Below are positions 60,503 through 64,000 of a DNA stretch of 64,000 bases, piece after piece. The DNA lies in NCBI GenBank assembly GCA_965218095.1, contig OZ244587.1:32001-96000 (forward strand), given 5' to 3'. The position numbers were made by a program, and so were the translations under genes. The first letter of the stretch is position 1, and every line of letters starts with the position of its first letter. The notes under the pieces are model-generated. The model was given only the letters and a program-made list of their open reading frames with translations, was not told where the DNA came from and searched no databases. The DNA is from Candidatus Poribacteria bacterium (GTDB taxonomy: Bacteria > Poribacteria > WGA-4E > PCPOR2b).

Positions 60503-62476
60503 ATGAGCCAACTGCCACTGAGGGTGCTTTACTACGGAAAAGATGAACCCCTGCTGGAGCAGACAGAACTTTACGCCGGTCCGTTATCGCTGATCTTTGA
60601 AGGGGGTGATTTGCGCTATATTCGGTTGGGCGACCACGAGATTCTCCGCCGCGTTTACGTCGCCATCCGTGATCAGAATTGGGAGACGATACTACCCCAG
60701 CTTTCAAACATTCAGATTGAAAGCTGGGGCGACACATTCCGCATCACCTACGATGTGGAAAACAAGCAGGCCGATGTTCATTTCTTCTGGAAGGGAACTA
60801 TCGTCGGGAGCGTGGATGGGACTATCACCTTTACAATGGACGGTGAGGTGCTTTCGACCTTCCGTCGCAACCGGATCGGCTTTTGTGTGCTCCACCCGAT
60901 GGCGTGTGCGGGCCTCCCCTGCCGCGTCGAGAAGGTAGACGGCACGCTGGAAGAAGGCGCCTTCCCCAAGGACATCTCCCCACATCAACCGTTCATGGAT
61001 ATGCGGGCGATCTCCCACAAGGTCACTCCCGACGTTTGGACAGAAGTCCGGTTCGATGGCGACATCTTTGAGATGGAAGACCAGCGCAATTGGACCGATG
61101 CTTCTTACAAGACCTACTGCACGCCATTGGCTGCACCTTTCCCCGTGGAGGTCAAACCGGGGGCGAAAATCTCTCAGTCGATTACCTTGACCCTCAAGGA
61201 CAAAGGTGGAAAACTAAACGATACGCAATACGCAATACGCGATACGAACACAACGATCAATTTCGGCGTTGATGAAAAGTCATCGACTCATCTACCGCGA
61301 ATCGGACTGGGCGTCGCCAGTCATGGTCAGCCGCTCAAGGCAAAGGAATTGGAACGTCTCAAAGTGCTCAACCTTTCGCATCTACGCGTGGATATAGACC
61401 TGACTCAGCCTGATTATGAATCTGCGTTGCGCCGGGCGACTGACGAGGCGAGAGCGTTAGGGGTATCGCTGGAAGCCGCGCTTTTCCTGAGTGATGCGGC
61501 AGAGGAGGAATTGCGTGCCTTCGCCAAAGTGGTCGAGCAGGTGAAGCCACCCATTGGGACCTACCTCATCTTCCACACGGCGGAGCCATCCACATCAGCC
61601 CAATGGATCGAGTTAGCTCAACACCACTTGTCAGATGCAAAGATCGGATCTGGCACGAATGCGTATTTTACCGAGTTAAATCGCGGACAACCGCCCGTAG
61701 ACCCGCGTTGGTGGAAACGCCGGAAACACAAGCCACTAGATCTCGCCTGCTATTCGATGAATCCGCAAGTCCATGCCTTCGACAACGCCTCTCTGATCGA
61801 GACGCTGGAGACACAAGCTGTGACCGTCGAAAGCGCCCGGCAGTTTACGGACGGATTACCCCTCGCCGTCACACCCATCACGCTTCTGCCGCGTTTCAAC
61901 CCAAACGCCACCGATCCCGAACCGGAGCCAGCGCCCGGTGAACTGCCCGTACAGATTGATGTGCGGCAGATGTCGTTGTTCGGCGCCGGTTGGACGGTTG
62001 GCAGCCTCAAGTATCTCTCCGAGAGCAGCGTGTCTAGCGCCACGTATTACGAAACCAACGGCTGGCGTGGTGTGATGGAAATGAAAAGTGGTTCGCCGGC
62101 ACCAGAGAAGTTTCGTTCCAGCCCCGGCGGGGTCTTTCCGCTGTATCATGTTTTTGCTGACGTAGGGGAGTTTGCCGGAGGCAAGGTCGTGCAGACAAAG
62201 TCGAGCGATACGCTAAAGGTGGATGGCGTTGCCCTCCGCAATGAAGGGAAGGCGCGGGCGGTGCTTGCAAATCTGAGTTCCGAATCACAGCAGGTTAGGG
62301 TGGGGGATTTGGCGGAAAGTGTTCGGGTGCGTCACTTGAATGAGACAAACGCGCAAGCCGCGATGTCATCGCCCGAAGCCTTTCGTGAGCAGAGGGATGA
62401 ACTGATGCAAACGGCTGGTGGAACACTCGAACTCAACCTACTCCCTTACGCCATTGCTCGAATTGATAGTGCGTAG
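60503..62476 (+). CDS. D-apionate lactonase (ApnL)-like protein
   Basis: RDQNWET, NRIGFCVLHP, GDIFEMEDQRNWTDASYKTY, YFTELNR and PQVHAFD (family motifs recalled from memory). Confidence 0.75.
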   Translation: MSQLPLRVLYYGKDEPLLEQTELYAGPLSLIFEGGDLRYIRLGDHEILRRVYVAIRDQNWETILPQLSNIQIESWGDTFRITYDVENKQADVHFFWKGTIVGSVDGTITFTMDGEVLSTFRRNRIGFCVLHPMACAGLPCRVEKVDGTLEEGAFPKDISPHQPFMDMRAISHKVTPDVWTEVRFDGDIFEMEDQRNWTDASYKTYCTPLAAPFPVEVKPGAKISQSITLTLKDKGGKLNDTQYAIRDTNTTINFGVDEKSSTHLPRIGLGVASHGQPLKAKELERLKVLNLSHLRVDIDLTQPDYESALRRATDEARALGVSLEAALFLSDAAEEELRAFAKVVEQVKPPIGTYLIFHTAEPSTSAQWIELAQHHLSDAKIGSGTNAYFTELNRGQPPVDPRWWKRRKHKPLDLACYSMNPQVHAFDNASLIETLETQAVTVESARQFTDGLPLAVTPITLLPRFNPNATDPEPEPAPGELPVQIDVRQMSLFGAGWTVGSLKYLSESSVSSATYYETNGWRGVMEMKSGSPAPEKFRSSPGGVFPLYHVFADVGEFAGGKVVQTKSSDTLKVDGVALRNEGKARAVLANLSSESQQVRVGDLAESVRVRHLNETNAQAAMSSPEAFREQRDELMQTAGGTLELNLLPYAIARIDSA

Positions 62477-62721
62477 GAGCCTATGCACTCAGGTTATCAC
62501 TCTGCGATTTCCAAATCGGCATCAAACGTAGAGCATGCTTTGCCAAAAGAATGGGAGGGCGAGGTTCTGAACAAGTTGAGCCCCGATCAGAGATCAAGGG
62601 CAACCCCGATTTGCAATCGGGATGCGACCAACTGCGTGAAATCCCGATCCATCAGGGCTGGCAGCACGTTCTACTTCAATCGACCCCCATCCCGGTCAAG
62701 GCAAATTTACGGGAGGAAAAT

Positions 62722-64000
62722 ATGTCGAATACCGAGCAGTACCGCTATGAACTTGCTTATGTATTCACCGAGCCTTCTCAACAGGTGAAGGATAGGCAAG
62801 TTTATGAAACCCGAGATCTCAACACGCCCTACACTTTTCCCGGCTACGCCAAGGCGGAATGGTTGGCGAAGGCGGCAGACCTCCGGGAGCATATTTTGGT
62901 CAGCACGGGACTGCTGCCGACGCCGGAAAAAACGCCGTTAAACCCACAGATCTTCGGAAGGATTGAACGAGAGGATTACACCGTTGAGAAGGTCTACTTT
63001 GAAGCTTATCCCGGTTTTTTCACGACAGGAAATCTCTACCGCCCGAAAGGGAAAACGGGACCGTTTCCGGGGATTGTCAGCCCACACGGGCATTGGGGCA
63101 GAGGGCGTCTGGAAAATAGCGAAGATGGCTCGGTCCCCGGTCGTTGTATCAACTTCGCCAAGCAAGGCTACGTGATCTTCTCACATGACATGGTTGGACG
63201 CTGCGACAGCGGAAAACAGATCGATCATCAGTACGGCGGTGCCCGCGAGGCGCTTTGGGGCTTGAGTTTGATGGGGCTTCAGCTTTGGAACGGCATCCGA
63301 TCCATCGATTTTTTGGAAACGCTGCCTGACGTTGATTCGGATCGGATTGGCTGCACCGGCGCATCGGGCGGGGGGACACAGACGTTCATGCTCACGGCGG
63401 TCGATGATCGGATCAAGGTGTCCGCGCCGGTCAACATGATCTCTGCGCACATGCAGGGTGGCTGCCTCTGCGAGAACGCCCCGAGCCTGCGATTGGACGT
63501 CAGCAACATAGAAATCGGGGCGCTGATGGCACCGCGTCCCCTATTGCTCGTTTCCGCGACGGGGGATTGGACGAAGAATACGCCCGCAGTCGAGTATCCC
63601 GCGATTCGCAGCATCTATGCACACTTCAACGCGGAGGACAAAGTGCATCAGGTGCAAATCAATGCAGGGCATAACTACAACAAAGACAGCCGTGAAGCTG
63701 TCTACACCTGGTTCGGGGTGTGGCTCCTGGGCGAAGATGACTCCACGAAATTTAAGGAGGTCCCGTTTGAAGTGGAGACGGATGAAGAGCTGCTGGTTTT
63801 TCATGACCGAGAACTTCCTGCGCACGCCCTTGATGTGGAAGGACTTACCCGCTCACGGATCGAAAGTGCTGAGAAGCAACTTGCCGCGCGTAAACCGACC
63901 AACGCGGAGGCGCTCAAGCGATTCCGCGAAGAGATGGGCGTCACGCTGCGGGGTTCGCTGGCAATTCGTATCCCCGATTCGACCCCGCCGAAGGTGATTG
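62722..64000 (+). CDS. Acetylxylan-esterase-like alpha/beta hydrolase (3'-partial)
   Basis: Frame is open from ATG 62722 (RBS GGGAGG) to the window end: GNLYRP, PHGH, GCTGASGGGTQT, GGCLCEN and APRP; absent from the ORF track. Confidence 0.88.
   Translation, partial: MSNTEQYRYELAYVFTEPSQQVKDRQVYETRDLNTPYTFPGYAKAEWLAKAADLREHILVSTGLLPTPEKTPLNPQIFGRIEREDYTVEKVYFEAYPGFFTTGNLYRPKGKTGPFPGIVSPHGHWGRGRLENSEDGSVPGRCINFAKQGYVIFSHDMVGRCDSGKQIDHQYGGAREALWGLSLMGLQLWNGIRSIDFLETLPDVDSDRIGCTGASGGGTQTFMLTAVDDRIKVSAPVNMISAHMQGGCLCENAPSLRLDVSNIEIGALMAPRPLLLVSATGDWTKNTPAVEYPAIRSIYAHFNAEDKVHQVQINAGHNYNKDSREAVYTWFGVWLLGEDDSTKFKEVPFEVETDEELLVFHDRELPAHALDVEGLTRSRIESAEKQLAARKPTNAEALKRFREEMGVTLRGSLAIRIPDSTPPKVI

Noticed and set aside
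62483-62788. 101-aa ORF before the esterase
   Set aside because: Runs through a cluster of REP-like hairpins and overlaps the better-supported start at 62722.
1-64000. CRISPR array
   Set aside because: No regularly spaced direct repeats with unique spacers and no cas genes.

Overview
Bacterial chromosomal window of moderate GC. The many PhyH dioxygenases, LamG/BNR/TPR proteins and sugar-acid enzymes resemble Poribacteria-type genomes (inference only). Housekeeping blocks: gcvT-gcvH-gcvP-trkA-trkH (1-7.6 kb); TPR-mutS2-dnaG-rpoD-tRNA-Ile2-tRNA-Val (35-43 kb); and a minus-strand M48 peptidase-glnD-argE operon (51.5-57 kb). Between them lie a decaying catabolic region (about 8-28 kb, with nonsense mutations, a lost start codon, two IS3 elements, an IS5 and an IS5-type MITE), an AT-rich islet after tRNA-Gly, and a sugar-acid operon with an ApnL-like lactonase (57.5-64 kb). 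The most unusual signal is a dense layer of small mobile and repeat DNA: a non-autonomous IS5 MITE, a three-level nest of elements at 46.6-47.7 kb, polarised heptamer repeats at gene ends, and intergenic repeat units inserted in frame in proteins (GcvP, ApnL-like). Two orphan Rpn C-terminal modules are also present. No CRISPR array, prophage or rRNA was seen. Family assignments come from motif recognition by eye; no searches were run.
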